Virus record (IMG/VR): IMGVR_UViG_3300033075_001674
Location: 44,476-108,475 of that record
Length of the DNA: 64,000 nucleotides
Reading direction: 5' to 3' (one strand)
From: a virus
Lineage: Duplodnaviria; Caudoviricetes
The position numbers and the translations under genes were made by a program. How positions within the stretch are numbered: position 1 is the stretch's first letter; each line of letters opens with the position of its first letter. Of this stretch, positions 29,824-41,400 are shown piece after piece. A model generated the notes under the pieces. The model made no database searches and was not told the DNA's origin. It saw only the letters and a list, made by a program, of their open reading frames with translations.

Positions 29824-31025
29824 GGAGCGGCCTCTCGGTAGAGGCGCACATCCATGCCCTGGGAGATGCGCAGGATCTTCGAGACCACGGGGCGCAGGTG
29901 CGCCGGACCAGAGAGCAGGGACACCGGGAAGTGCTTGCACAGGGACTTCACCACGCCCGTCACCAGGTCCTTGCCCTCCGCCGCCAACATATCCTCGCAT
30001 ACCTTCAGGATGTGCATCGCCTGGCCCACCTTGTCCGCCTCAGGCAGAGCGCGGTACGTTGTGGAGTCGACGTACTGACGAACGCTCTGCATCACGGCGT
30101 ACATGATGTCGAGCCTGCGCGCGTTGGGTGACCACCCCCCAGAGACGACGGTGTGCAGCGGAGGCAGGTCCGCTGCCATCAGGTACTGGAGGAACGCCTC
30201 GGCGATCTTCTTCCCCAGAAGCCCCTCCGCGAACGACACCTTCACGTCCTGGAACCCCAGGACGCTGCACGTGGCCAACGCGTTGAGCGCGAGGTGCCAT
30301 GTCCGAGGGGATGGGTAGGCACCGCTGATGTCTGGGCTCCCGGCCGCCGGGGTTACCTGCAGGAAGGTCGGGTTGGTCTGCATGAAGGCGTGAATCGCCA
30401 TCAGCAGCTGCGACCGCTCCCGGTCGAAGTGAGTCTCCATCTGGCTGCGCAGGTCCTTGAGCTGCAGGGGTGTCCGGTCTGCGGGGTCCTGGGCCAGCCG
30501 CTCTACCCAGTTGTCCGGGGAGGACATCTCGTACTCGATGTGGCACAGGCGGTTGGCCTGGGAGGAGGGGAGCACCCGCCCTCCCGCGGACAGGTGTGGG
30601 GGGTTGAGGGTCGCGAAGATGCGGATGCCCGGGGGGAGGATCCTTCGGCACCACATCCGTTCGTAGATGATGCGGTTGACGGCGGCCGACAGCGCTCGGT
30701 TGGAGTTGAGCTCATCGAGGACGATGATTCCCTCCCCCACCTCGATCATCTCCAGCACCTCCTGGTTGTCCGATAGACGTTCCAGGTACCCGCTGGGGTG
30801 CCGAACGACGATCCCGTTGAGGTCCTCTGTCTCGCAGGACTCGATGGGGAACGCGTAGTGCAGCATCCCCGTCTCACGGGCGAGCGAGCTGAACATCGCG
30901 GATTTCCCACACCCCGGGGGGCCGTGCACCGCGAGAGGTAGACCGAGCGGGCCCTTGTAGGCGGCGTACCCCTCGCCGTAGATCCAGGCAGGGGTGAGAA
31001 GAGCAGCGTAGAGCAGTTTTTCCAT
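29820..31025 (-). CDS. MoxR-type AAA+ ATPase
   Basis: GPPGCGKS; IVLDELN; ATLNP; ANR; SPRTW. Confidence 0.88.
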   Translation of the reverse strand: MEKLLYAALLTPAWIYGEGYAAYKGPLGLPLAVHGPPGCGKSAMFSSLARETGMLHYAFPIESCETEDLNGIVVRHPSGYLERLSDNQEVLEMIEVGEGIIVLDELNSNRALSAAVNRIIYERMWCRRILPPGIRIFATLNPPHLSAGGRVLPSSQANRLCHIEYEMSSPDNWVERLAQDPADRTPLQLKDLRSQMETHFDRERSQLLMAIHAFMQTNPTFLQVTPAAGSPDISGAYPSPRTWHLALNALATCSVLGFQDVKVSFAEGLLGKKIAEAFLQYLMAADLPPLHTVVSGGWSPNARRLDIMYAVMQSVRQYVDSTTYRALPEADKVGQAMHILKVCEDMLAAEGKDLVTGVVKSLCKHFPVSLLSGPAHLRPVVSKILRISQGMDVRLYREAAP

Positions 31026-31037
31026 TTGTTTACCTCG

Positions 31038-31640
31038 CTACTGCTGCCTGTGACAGGAGCAGTGGCACGTGGGGTTGTTGTTGCGCCAGCACTTGCTGTG
31101 GCAGCACAGCGAGCACTCCCCGTTCTCATCGATGCGCATGTCCGGAAGGGAGGGGGTGTCGGGATCGTTTGTGAGCTGAGTCTCCATCTCTGCGATGCAG
31201 CAGAGGCACGCGACTCCATGCAGCTCCTCGCCGGGGACCTCGGACAACATCACCTCCCCGTTGGGGGCCATGTCCCCTGAGACGGAGGCGATGCGGTAGC
31301 AGGCCTCTCCCAGCAGAACCTCTGCTCCGCAGAACTCGCACAGGCCGATGGAGGAGTCAGCGAGCTCTTTACGCTCTGACAAGTTCCAGACACGCGCGTC
31401 CTCCACCCGCACAGGGTTCACGTCGACGGCCTGCTCGACGAGCACGTCGTACACGTCCTCCATGTGGGTATCGCACAGCAGGAGCTGCGGAACGTGGTAC
31501 TCCCCTAGCAGCTCAAGCCCGTCGGGGACGATGAGGGGCGGGGTGTCGGGGAGGAGACGCACCCGCTGAACCAGGTGCATCGTGTGGCGCAGCGTCCCGC
31601 ACAGGGAGCAGCTAAGCGAGCCGTTTCTCGAATGGTCCAT
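31038..31640 (-). CDS. Cys-rich hypothetical protein
   Basis: Multiple CxxC; RBS AAAGGA. Confidence 0.6.
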   Translation of the reverse strand: MDHSRNGSLSCSLCGTLRHTMHLVQRVRLLPDTPPLIVPDGLELLGEYHVPQLLLCDTHMEDVYDVLVEQAVDVNPVRVEDARVWNLSERKELADSSIGLCEFCGAEVLLGEACYRIASVSGDMAPNGEVMLSEVPGEELHGVACLCCIAEMETQLTNDPDTPSLPDMRIDENGECSLCCHSKCWRNNNPTCHCSCHRQQ

Positions 31641-32197
31641 CTACGAGAGATCCTTTCTCGGCTGGGGTCTGGGCCCCGGCCGTTTGCGTCGCAGTCAGCG
31701 ACGAGAACGAACGTCTGCATGTACGGGGTGCTGCCGCTCTCGATGACCGTGCGGGTGAGGGTGGTGCCTGCGGGGATGGGTGTGGCGGCCTGGGCCCTGG
31801 TTTCGTAGCGGAGGACGCACTCCCGGAGGTGGAGATCGTCCTCACTCTCAGCGGTCTCGAAGTACGGGCCCAGCCACCTGTCCGCTGAAGGTGGATAGAA
31901 CCTCTCCGTGGGGCACCAGGGGATGGGCTCGCCTGGCTGGGCGAGGTTGAGGATCACCTCGACATCCCGCTGACAGAAGAAGGTGACCGCCCCAGAAGAG
32001 GTGATGCACCGAAACCTCAAGCCCAGGGACATCGCGGTGGGGTCGCGAGCGAAGGCGTTGGTGATGGTGTAGCGGGAGTCTTCCCCGCGCAGAGGGTTGC
32101 GGATCGACAGGCCGAGGAAGTCCAGAGGCAACTCGATGAGGTTGCTCTTCGGGATCCGATGGTACTCGGCCCTCTCTGGGTCAATCAGCGACGCCAC
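31613..32197 (-). CDS. Hypothetical protein (194 aa, GTG start, TTA end)
   Basis: RBS AAAGGA before GTG; in-frame TTA on both sides. Confidence 0.55.
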
Positions 32198-32200
32198 GGC

Positions 32201-32350
32201 TAATCCTTTCTCCGAGGAGGGCTCGGGCGGCGAGGAGGGCGAGGAGGAAGATGGCGTTGAGGAAGAGTCGCAAGGTTCGGGGTCTCCCAGGAGGAGCTGA
32301 AGGAGGAGGACGAACCACCCCCCGCTGCTTTCGTTGTGGTCGGTAGGCAT
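32201..32350 (-). CDS. Small Ser/Pro-rich peptide (49 aa if TTA is stop)
   Basis: Downstream of GGCATAAG motif; short hydrophobic segment. Confidence 0.35.
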
Positions 32351-32426
32351 GGTGAGATTGCGGCCACGAGAGGCTGCGCACTCTTATGCCTGCGGGTCCC
32401 GAGATTTGCCGTAAACTTGAGACCGC

Positions 32427-35400
32427 ATGGCAACGCTCGATCCCCACGAAGACTTCCAGGAAACGCTCAAGGCGGTCACCAGCGGTCTGCAGGAGGCGTT
32501 CCCCATCAAGGGTCGAACCTCCTCGCTACACCTCGTAAGCGTGCACGCAGGGCAGATGCCCGACCCGGAAGACATCGGTTCGCAGTACGCAACCCGGGTT
32601 GCGGGCAAGAGCTGGATGACCCCAATCCAGGGTGTCATCGAGCTCCGAGACAACGAGACCGGTAAGGTCTTGATGACCCAGAAGACGCGCCTGATGTCGA
32701 TCCCGTCTATGACCAAGCGCTTCTCCTTCATCTACAACGGCCAGGAGCACCAGTCCGCCAACCAGTGGCAGCTCAAGCCGGGGGTCTTCGCTCGTCGCCA
32801 GGACAACGGGGAGCTGGAGGCGCGGTTCAACGTGGTCAACCGTGCGGCCTTCAAGATGAAGTTGGACCCGCAGAGCCAGCTGTTCCACGTCGAGTACAAG
32901 AAGGCGAACCTGCCCGCGTACCCGCTTCTGCGGGCGATGGGGGTCTCTGACCAGCAGATGGAAGAGTCCTGGGGCAAGCAGGTCTTCGAGGCCAACAAGA
33001 AGGTCAAGCGGCAGGCCGGAGTGCTCGCGCAGTTCTACCGCACCAGCACCAACGGGAAAGCCCCCCCGGAGAGCGAGGAGGACCTGGCGGCACACCTGCG
33101 CCAGGTGATGAAGGAGTCGAAGGTGCGCCCCGAGGTGGTCAAGCAGACCCTGGCCCACGAGGTAGACCACGTGGACCACACGCTCATGCTGAACGCCGGC
33201 ACGAAGCTGCTCGCCGTGCAGAACGGCGCCCCCGAGGATGACCGTGACTCGCTGATCTACAAGACGCTGCGCTCCACCGGGGACTTCCTGAAAGACCAGA
33301 TCCAGGCCTCCAGCCGCAACCTGGCCATGAAGGTGCAGCGCCAGCTGAACAAGGGCGACCTCAAGGACATCCGCCACGCCTTCAAGCCAGGGCTCTACGA
33401 CGACGCGGTTCGCAGGCTTTTCCAGAGCTCCCTGGTCAACCCCGCGAAGCAGATCAACCCGGTCGACATGATCGGGACGGCCATGCAGACGACCATCATG
33501 GGGCCCGGAGGAATCAAGAGCGACATCCAGGTCACCGACGCGGCCAAGGAGATCAACCCCAGCCAGTTCGGCATGATCGACCCCCTCACCACCCCGGAGG
33601 GAGGGGCCACCGGCATCTCGCTGCGTCTACCCATCGGGGTGAAGCGGATCGGCGACCAGCCCCACATCCCCGTCTACAGCATCAAGCAGAAGAAGACGAT
33701 CTACGTGAACCCCGCCCAGATGATGGCGGCCAAGAAGGTGTTCGCCGACGAGGTGGAGTACCGCAACGGGGTCCCCCACCCCCTGCGAGAGAAGGTGAAG
33801 GCGCTCGGCAAGGGCAACGAGCCCGAGGTCATCTCGTTCCACGAAGCGGACTACGTGATGAAGGACCCCAGCCAGGTCTACGGCACGACGGTCAACCTCG
33901 TCCCCTTCCTGCAGAACAACTCGGGTGGTCGTGTGTCGATGGCCAGCCGGCACATCGAGCAGAGCATCTCCCTGCGGGACAGGGACAAGCCCTTGGTGCG
34001 GGTGAACGCGCCCGGAGGAACACACACCTTCGAGGAGATGATCGGCCACCAGAGCGCCCACACCGCCCCAGTGGACGGAAGGGTCACCAGGGTCACTGCG
34101 GACGCGATCCACGTGGCGGATGCCTCCGGCAAGGAGCACAAGGTCCACCTCTACAACAACTATCCCGTCAACGACGCCAAGAGCGTCTTGCACTCCACCC
34201 CGCTTGTGAAGGTGGGAGATGCCGTCAAGAAGGGCGGCGTGGTGGCGGACAACAACTACACCCGAGATGGTGTGCTCGCGCTCGGTAAGAACCTCCGCAC
34301 GGCATTCATGAGCTACCACGGCCTGAACTTCGAGGACGGTATCGTCATCACGGAGTCTGCGGCCAAGAAGCTGACCAGCAACCACCTCCACAAGGAGATG
34401 CTCCCTATCCCGGAGGTGAACAACCAGCTGATCTTCGACGCCAAGAAGTTTCAGGCTGCCCACCCGCTGGCGTTCTCCAAGGACCAGCTGGGGCACATCG
34501 GCGCGGATGGCGTCGCGAAGGTGGGGGCCAAGATCCGCCCCGGTGACCCGCTGGTGCTGGCGATGCAGCCGTACCAGCTCAAGGATCGAACCGGCATCGG
34601 AGCAATCCGCAAGAGCCTCACGAACCAGCTGGTCGACAAGAGCCTGCGCTGGGAGTCGGATGTGCCGGGGGAAGTTGTATCTGTCCACCGGAACGATCAG
34701 GGCATCCACGTCCACGTGCGCACCGAGGAGCCTGTGCGCGTAGGCGACAAGCTCTCCCACCGCCACGGCGGCAAGGGCATCATCACCAGCATCCTCCCGG
34801 ACAAGGACGCCCCTCGCAGCAAGGACGGGAAGCCCGTGGACATCCTGTTCCAGCCGGGCGGTCTCGGCGGGCGCATGAATATCGGGCAGGTCCTCGAAGC
34901 ACAGGCCGGGAAGATCGCCGAGAAGACCGGCAAGCCGTACTTCGTCAAGAACTTCGACCCGAAGGTCCAGGATTGGACCCGTCACATGATGGGAGAGCTC
35001 AAGAAGCACGGGCTCTCGGACACCGAGGAGCTGTTCGACCCCAAGACCGGCATCTCCTACGGGCAGGTGATGACGGGCCCCATCCACTTCCTGAAGCTCG
35101 TCCACCAGATGGACAAGAAGGAGTCGATGCGGAGCGGCATGTCTCTGCCCAGGGTACAGAGCAAGGAGAAGTACGACCCCACGACCCTGCAGCCCGCCAG
35201 CGGCGGCGGGACCGGAGGGCAGTCCTGGGGGCAGCTCGGCATCTACGCTCTGCTGGCGCACGGGGCCAAGGGGATCCTGCGCGAGAGTATGACCTACAAG
35301 AGCGAGGGTGAGGACCCGGAGACCAACGAGGCCAAGCGGTGGAGGTCCCAGCACAACGAGGTCTGGAACGCCATCCAGTCGGGGCAGCCCCTCCCTCCCC

Positions 35401-38400
35401 CGAAGCCCACCTTCTCGTTCCACCGCTTCACCGAGCTCATCAAGGGCGCGGGCATCAACGTGGACAAGAAGGGGGACGAGTTCGTGCTGTCCCCTCTCAC
35501 CAACAGCCACATCCTCAAGATGAGCAAGGGGGAGATCTCCGACCCCACGGCCGTGGTGCACTCCAAGCGCGACGAGAACGGGGTCTTCAAGACCATCAAG
35601 GGCGGGCTCTTCGACGACAAGATCACCGGAGGACACGGCGGCACTGGCTGGTCCCACGTGAAGCTGCCGGAGCCCATGCCCAACCCGATCTTCGAGGAGC
35701 CCATCAAGAAGATCCTCGGCATCACGGAGACCACCTACCAGGCCCTGGTGGAGGGCAAGCAGGGGGTCAACCCGCTGACAGGGAAGATCGGCCCCTACGA
35801 GCGCGGGTTCCTCGTAGGGGGCTCGGCGTTCAAGAAGCTCCTCGGGAAGATCGACGTCTCAAAGGAGCTGGCCGCCACGAAGAAGGCCCTCGACTCGGCC
35901 AAGCCCTCCCAGGTCAACCCGCTCTACAAGAAAGCCCGGTACCTCCAGGGGCTGGAGAAGACAGGGATGCGCCCCGACGAGGCGTACGTGCTCGACTACC
36001 TGCCCATCGTGCCCCCCAAGCTCCGCCCTCTGTCCAACCTGGACGACGGAGCGCTGCACTACGACGGTATCAACGGCATGTACAACCAGCTGGGGCAGCT
36101 CACGAACGCGATGAACCACCCATCGCAGAAGATGCTCCCCGATCAGTACAAGGCCGAGGGGCGCAGGGCTCTCTACGACGGGGTGTCCGCTCTCTTCGGT
36201 ACAGCTGCTCTACCCGAGGGAGCCAAGGACAAGGGCATCCTCCACATGATCGCCGGCAGCCAGCCGAAGCGCGGTATCGCCCAGAAGGGCCTACTCTCCC
36301 GCAGGCAGGATGCCTCGGCCCGCGCCACGATCATCCCTGAGCCGAAGCTCGGGCTCGACGAGATCGGGCTACCCAAGGAGATGGCCATGACCATCCTCCG
36401 CCCACAGCTCGTGCGTCAGCTTGTGGTGCAGGGGAGCGCCAAGGATGAGCTGGCAGCGCAGAACCTCCTGGCGGAGGCCCACAAGGGCAAGGAGGACCCC
36501 TCCATCCAGTCCGCCCTCAACAACCTGGCGAACAACGAGCTCGTCATCTCGAAGCGTGACCCTGCGCTGTGGAAGTACAGCGTGCAGGCGTTTCGTCCGC
36601 GCATCGTTGAGGGTAAGGCGATCCGGATTCACCCGCTTGTGACCGGGGGATTCAATGCCGACTTCGACGGCGACAGCGCCAAAGGGCTGGTGCATGTTGA
36701 AGTTTCTACGGAAACCGGGAACAAGGAGGAGATGCCACACCTCGGATCCCTTCCTGTTCATGGGCTCATCAACCTTCGTGACTTTCCCCGCCAGCAACTC
36801 CTTCGGGATGACGGGCGCGTAGCGGTTTACAGCGTGCCGGAGGGGGTGGTGGTGCCCTCCCACCTCAACGGGGTCGGCATCGTGCGGATGCCAGTCACCG
36901 AGTTTTCCATCCACCGTGACTGCCCTCTCTGGAGGGTGACCAGCCGTGCGGGCCGGTTGCTGGAGGTAAGCGAAGACCACTCCCTGGCCACCCTCGACAT
37001 GAACACCCTGGACGTCGTGGAGACCAAGGCGTCGGGAAGCGAGGGCAAGGTCTTCCCTGTCATGCGCGCCCTCGCCCACTCTCACGGCAAGGACGCGTGG
37101 GACACCTCCTGCTTCGAGGGTGTCTCGGAGAGGGGCTACCCTCTTCCCCAGTTCCCTCTCACCAAAGCATCCGGTTGGTTCCTGGGGGCGATGGTTGGGG
37201 ATGGGTGGGTGAGCGACACATCCAAGTACACAAACGGCACAGCCATGCAGATCAGTTTGGCTTACGGGGCGAGGGGGGTTGAGGTAGCAGCCCGGTGGGG
37301 GTCCTTCCTGGATAACCTCGTCCCCGAGATTGCCAAACGATCCTACCGAAACGAGCACGAGTTCGAGGGGAAGCCCGCTCTCTCCTTCCGCGACACTGTG
37401 ACCCACTCCGCTCTCGGGCGTCTCCTCCAGGAGCAGCTCGGGCACGGGGCCCGGAACAAGCACCTGCCCCTCGACTTCCTGGAGTGGAACGAGCAGGCAC
37501 GTCGGGGCCTGCTCGCTGGTCTGCTGGACACGGATGGCTCGGTGACCTGGGTGCACGCGGCGACCAAGAACAAGCCTCAGTTCCAGGCCGCCTACCACAC
37601 CACCTCCGCACAGCTCGCCATCGAGGTCGTATTGCTCTGCCAGTCCCTTGGCATCGTCGCCAGCTACACCGAGTACGCGAAGCGGGACGGGCTCGCCTAC
37701 AACATCTTCCTGTCCACCTCCACGATGCAGGAGGCCACCTGGCTGGACCTGGCCCATCCGGAAAAGAAGGAGGCCCTGGAGCGGCTCTGGGGGAGCGAGC
37801 CTGTGATCTCGGGCAGGGGGGACTGGGTGCCCATGCCCCCGGCTGTCCGGAGCATTCTGCTCACGGAGCTCCGCAAGAAGGGGGCTGCCCGCAAGGAGAA
37901 GACCGAGGAGGGCAAGCGCGCTTTCAGCCTCTACGTGGTACTGAAGAAAGAGGAGCCCATCATCACGCGGGAGACCTTTGCCCTGCTCACCGAGATGCTC
38001 GGGGATGCGGTGTGCAGCGAAGGGCTGATGTCCTCGTGGTACGCGCTCTGCACCAACCCCACGCTCTCCTGGGATGTGGTGGAGACGGCGGAGGACACGG
38101 GGGAGCTCCACGAGATGTACGACCTCACCGTTCCGGACTCCTACACCTTCACGATGGCCAATGGCGCCGTGGTCTGGGACACCATGAGTGTGCAAGCCGT
38201 GCTCTCCGACGAGGCAAAGCGCGACGCGGCTCGCATGCTCCCCAGCAAGAACATCTTCAGCGAGAGCACCGGAGGGGTGGCCTACCTGCCCTCGATGGAG
38301 TCTCTCCTGGGACTCCACCGTCTGTCCCTTGTCGGGCAGTCGAAGGGCGCCTCTTTTAGCCACGACAAGGACGCCATCGCGGCCCTGCACCAGAAGAAGG

Positions 38401-41400
38401 TGAGCCTCGATGAGCAGATCAAGGTCGGGGGTGTAACCACTACCCCCGGGCGAGTCCTGCTCGCTTCGGCGGTGCCGGACGAGATGCGGAACAAGATCCT
38501 CACCGACTTCTCCCTGGAGCTGAACAAGAAGGGCGTGAACGCCGTCTTCACCGAGATCGGGAAGAACCACGCCCCGAGGTTCGCTGCGCTGGCCGACAAG
38601 CTGAAGGATCTGGGGTACGACACCTCGACGGGCATCATCAACACCCCCCTGGCCCCCCAGGGCAAGGTCGGGGTGGGCACCCACTCCTTCAAGCTGTCGG
38701 ACTTCATCGCCGACACCGCCTCTCGCGACCCTCACCTGCACGCCGCGGACAAGGAGGTGGAGGAGCTGAAGAAGAAAGGTCTTCGACCCGAGGAGCTGAA
38801 GCGCCAGATGGCCGAGGCATACCTGCGGGCGGACGTGGCCATCCAGAAGCAGCACGCAGCCTCCGGGAAGATGCAGGACAACGCGCTAGGCAAGATGACC
38901 CGGGCGGGCATGAAGCCCAGCAAGGACCAGTACAAGCAGATGGTCCTGGCTCCGATGGTGATGACCAACTCCAAGGGAGAGCTCATCCCCGTACCCGTGC
39001 GCCGCAGCTACGGGGAGGGTGTGGACCAGATGGGCTACACCGTGCAGCAGGAGGGCGCGCGCAGCGGCACCATCAAGAAGGTGCAGGAGGTACAGGAGCC
39101 CGGGTACATGACCAAGCTGCTGCAGAACACCTCGATGCACACCCTCATCGACACCCACGACTGCGGCACCCAGAAGGGCCTCCTGGTGGGAGTGGGGGAC
39201 TACGACATCATGGATCGCCACCTGGCCACCCCCCTCAAGCTCAAGGGGCTGGACCTGCCCGGGGGGACTCTGCTCAGCAAGGACATCGTGGATCGAATCC
39301 GCAAGGTCGACCCGTCCGCGAAGCTGGTGGTTCGCTCCCCGCTTCACTGCCACTCTGAGAAGGGTGTCTGCCAGAAGTGCTACGGGCTAGACGCCAACGG
39401 CAAGCACCTGACGGTGGGATCCAACGTGGGTGTTCTGAGCGCACACACGCTTGGAGAGCGCGCGGTGCAGCTCACGCTGAAGGCGTTCCACTGCCTCCAC
39501 GAGCACTCCCTTGTGCTCGTTCGGCACAAGGGCAGGGTCTACCACACCACGCTCCGCGCTGTGTTCGAGGGTTCTCCCGGGACGGAGCCCGAGGTCCGGA
39601 TCCCCCAGGATCTCGAGGTGTGGGGGCCGGAGGGGTGGGTTCGCGTGTTGAGCGCGAGCCGCCACCTGCAAGAGCCTGGGACCCAGATGGTCTTTGCGCG
39701 TACACGCTCCGGCTTCGGCCTCCTCAGCCAGGACAACCACCCCCACATGCTCGCAGAGAACCTGGCGGTCTGCGAGCGGTGCGGCACCTACCCCAAGCGA
39801 AGCAACGGAGGAAAGCAGCACTACTGCCGGCGCTGCGGGCGAACCTGGCAGGGCGAGCTCCCGGAGCCAGAAGACTTCCAGATGGTCATGCCGTCCGAGC
39901 TCTCGGAGAAGTCCCACACCGCCAAGGTGAGCTGGGGGCCGAGCCCCACCGAGCAGAACCCACCCCTGCGCTCAGGTTGGCTCGCGGGCATGTTCTGCGC
40001 AGAAGGGTACATTCACGCGCAGAACCGGGAGCAGGGTTCGTATGTGATCGGCTTCGGTATCTCCCAGAACCAGGGCACCCCGGTTTACACCAAGCTCGGA
40101 GCGTGCCTGGCCCAGGAGTTCCCGGAGGCCAGGTTGGGGGCTCGACCCAGGGCCTTCCAGGTCTACGGCCGGGAGCGAGGTCTTTTCTTCGAGAAGACGT
40201 TCGGGAGGTACTCCCGGAACAAGGGGCTGCCGGAGGGGTGGAGCGGTTTGCCTGTGGATTGGTTGGCGGACTTCGTCTCCGGCGTCTTCGATGGGGACGG
40301 CACCCTGGTCTCCACCAAGGACAGCGCCTGGAAAGTTGGAAGGATCGACACCACCAGCTACTTGCTGGCGCAACAACTCCACCACATCTTGCGCTCCAGA
40401 GGGGTCCACTCCCGAGTGCTCCTCTCACCGTGGCGCAAGGCATCTCTGCACCAGGGGTTCGCCGTCACCTTCCCCATCACGGCAGAAGCGAAAGAGATGC
40501 TCTCCTCCGCGCTGAAGTTGGCGAACGTGGAGGCTCGTCCCCACGGAAACGAGGAGCGGTTCGGAGAAGTGGTGGATTACGTGCGCCCCGTGCGGTTCGG
40601 GGCGCCTCCCTGGGTGTACGACCTTGAGACGGAGACCAGCACGCTCTGCGTCAACAACGTGTGGACCCACAACTCCGGCGGAGTCGCTTCGGCAGGCGGA
40701 GGCGCCATCGGGTCTTTCGGTCGCCTGGAGCAGCTGACCTACCTCCCCGACCAGATCCCCAACTCCGCGGTGCACGCGAACGTGTCGGGCAAGATCACCA
40801 AGATCGAGCCAACCCCCACGGGAACGAACATCTGGGTGGGGCAGCACATGCACTTCGTGGGCAAGGACAGCAAGGGCAACCCCCTGCACGAGAAGCAGGA
40901 GGGGGTGTTCCACACCAAGCCCTGGAGCCCCCCGCAGGTGGGCAAGGAGGTGAAGCCCGGAGACTTCCTCTCGGACCCCAACCGCACCCACCTCAACCCC
41001 CACCGCTTCTTCGAGGCCACCAAGAGCATGGACAGGGTGCAAGAGAAGCTCGCCGAGGAAATGCACGGCCTTTACGCAGACGAAGGCGTGCGCAAGCGTG
41101 CTGTCGAGGTGGTGGTGCGCAGCATGGGCAACCTGACCCAGATCGAGCACCCGGGCGGCAGCCCCGACTTCCTGCGGGGGCAGACCTACTCCCGTTCCGC
41201 GGTGGAGCAACTCAACAAGGAGCTCAAGGCCAAGGGTCAGCCCCTGGTGGTCCACAAGCCGGTCTTGCGCGGGGTGAACCTGCTGCCCCTCGACATGACC
41301 ACCGACTGGATGGCCCGCCTCAACCACCAGAAGCTGCGCGGCACCATGATGGAGGGCGCTGCGCAGGGCTGGGCCAGCGACATCCACGGCCGACACCCCG

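Noticed and set aside
1900-38855. Long antisense ORFs (e.g. 1900-4404, 16926-18839, 26726-28870, 33627-35657, 36369-38855)
   Set aside because: Shadow frames of GC3-biased genes; no motifs.
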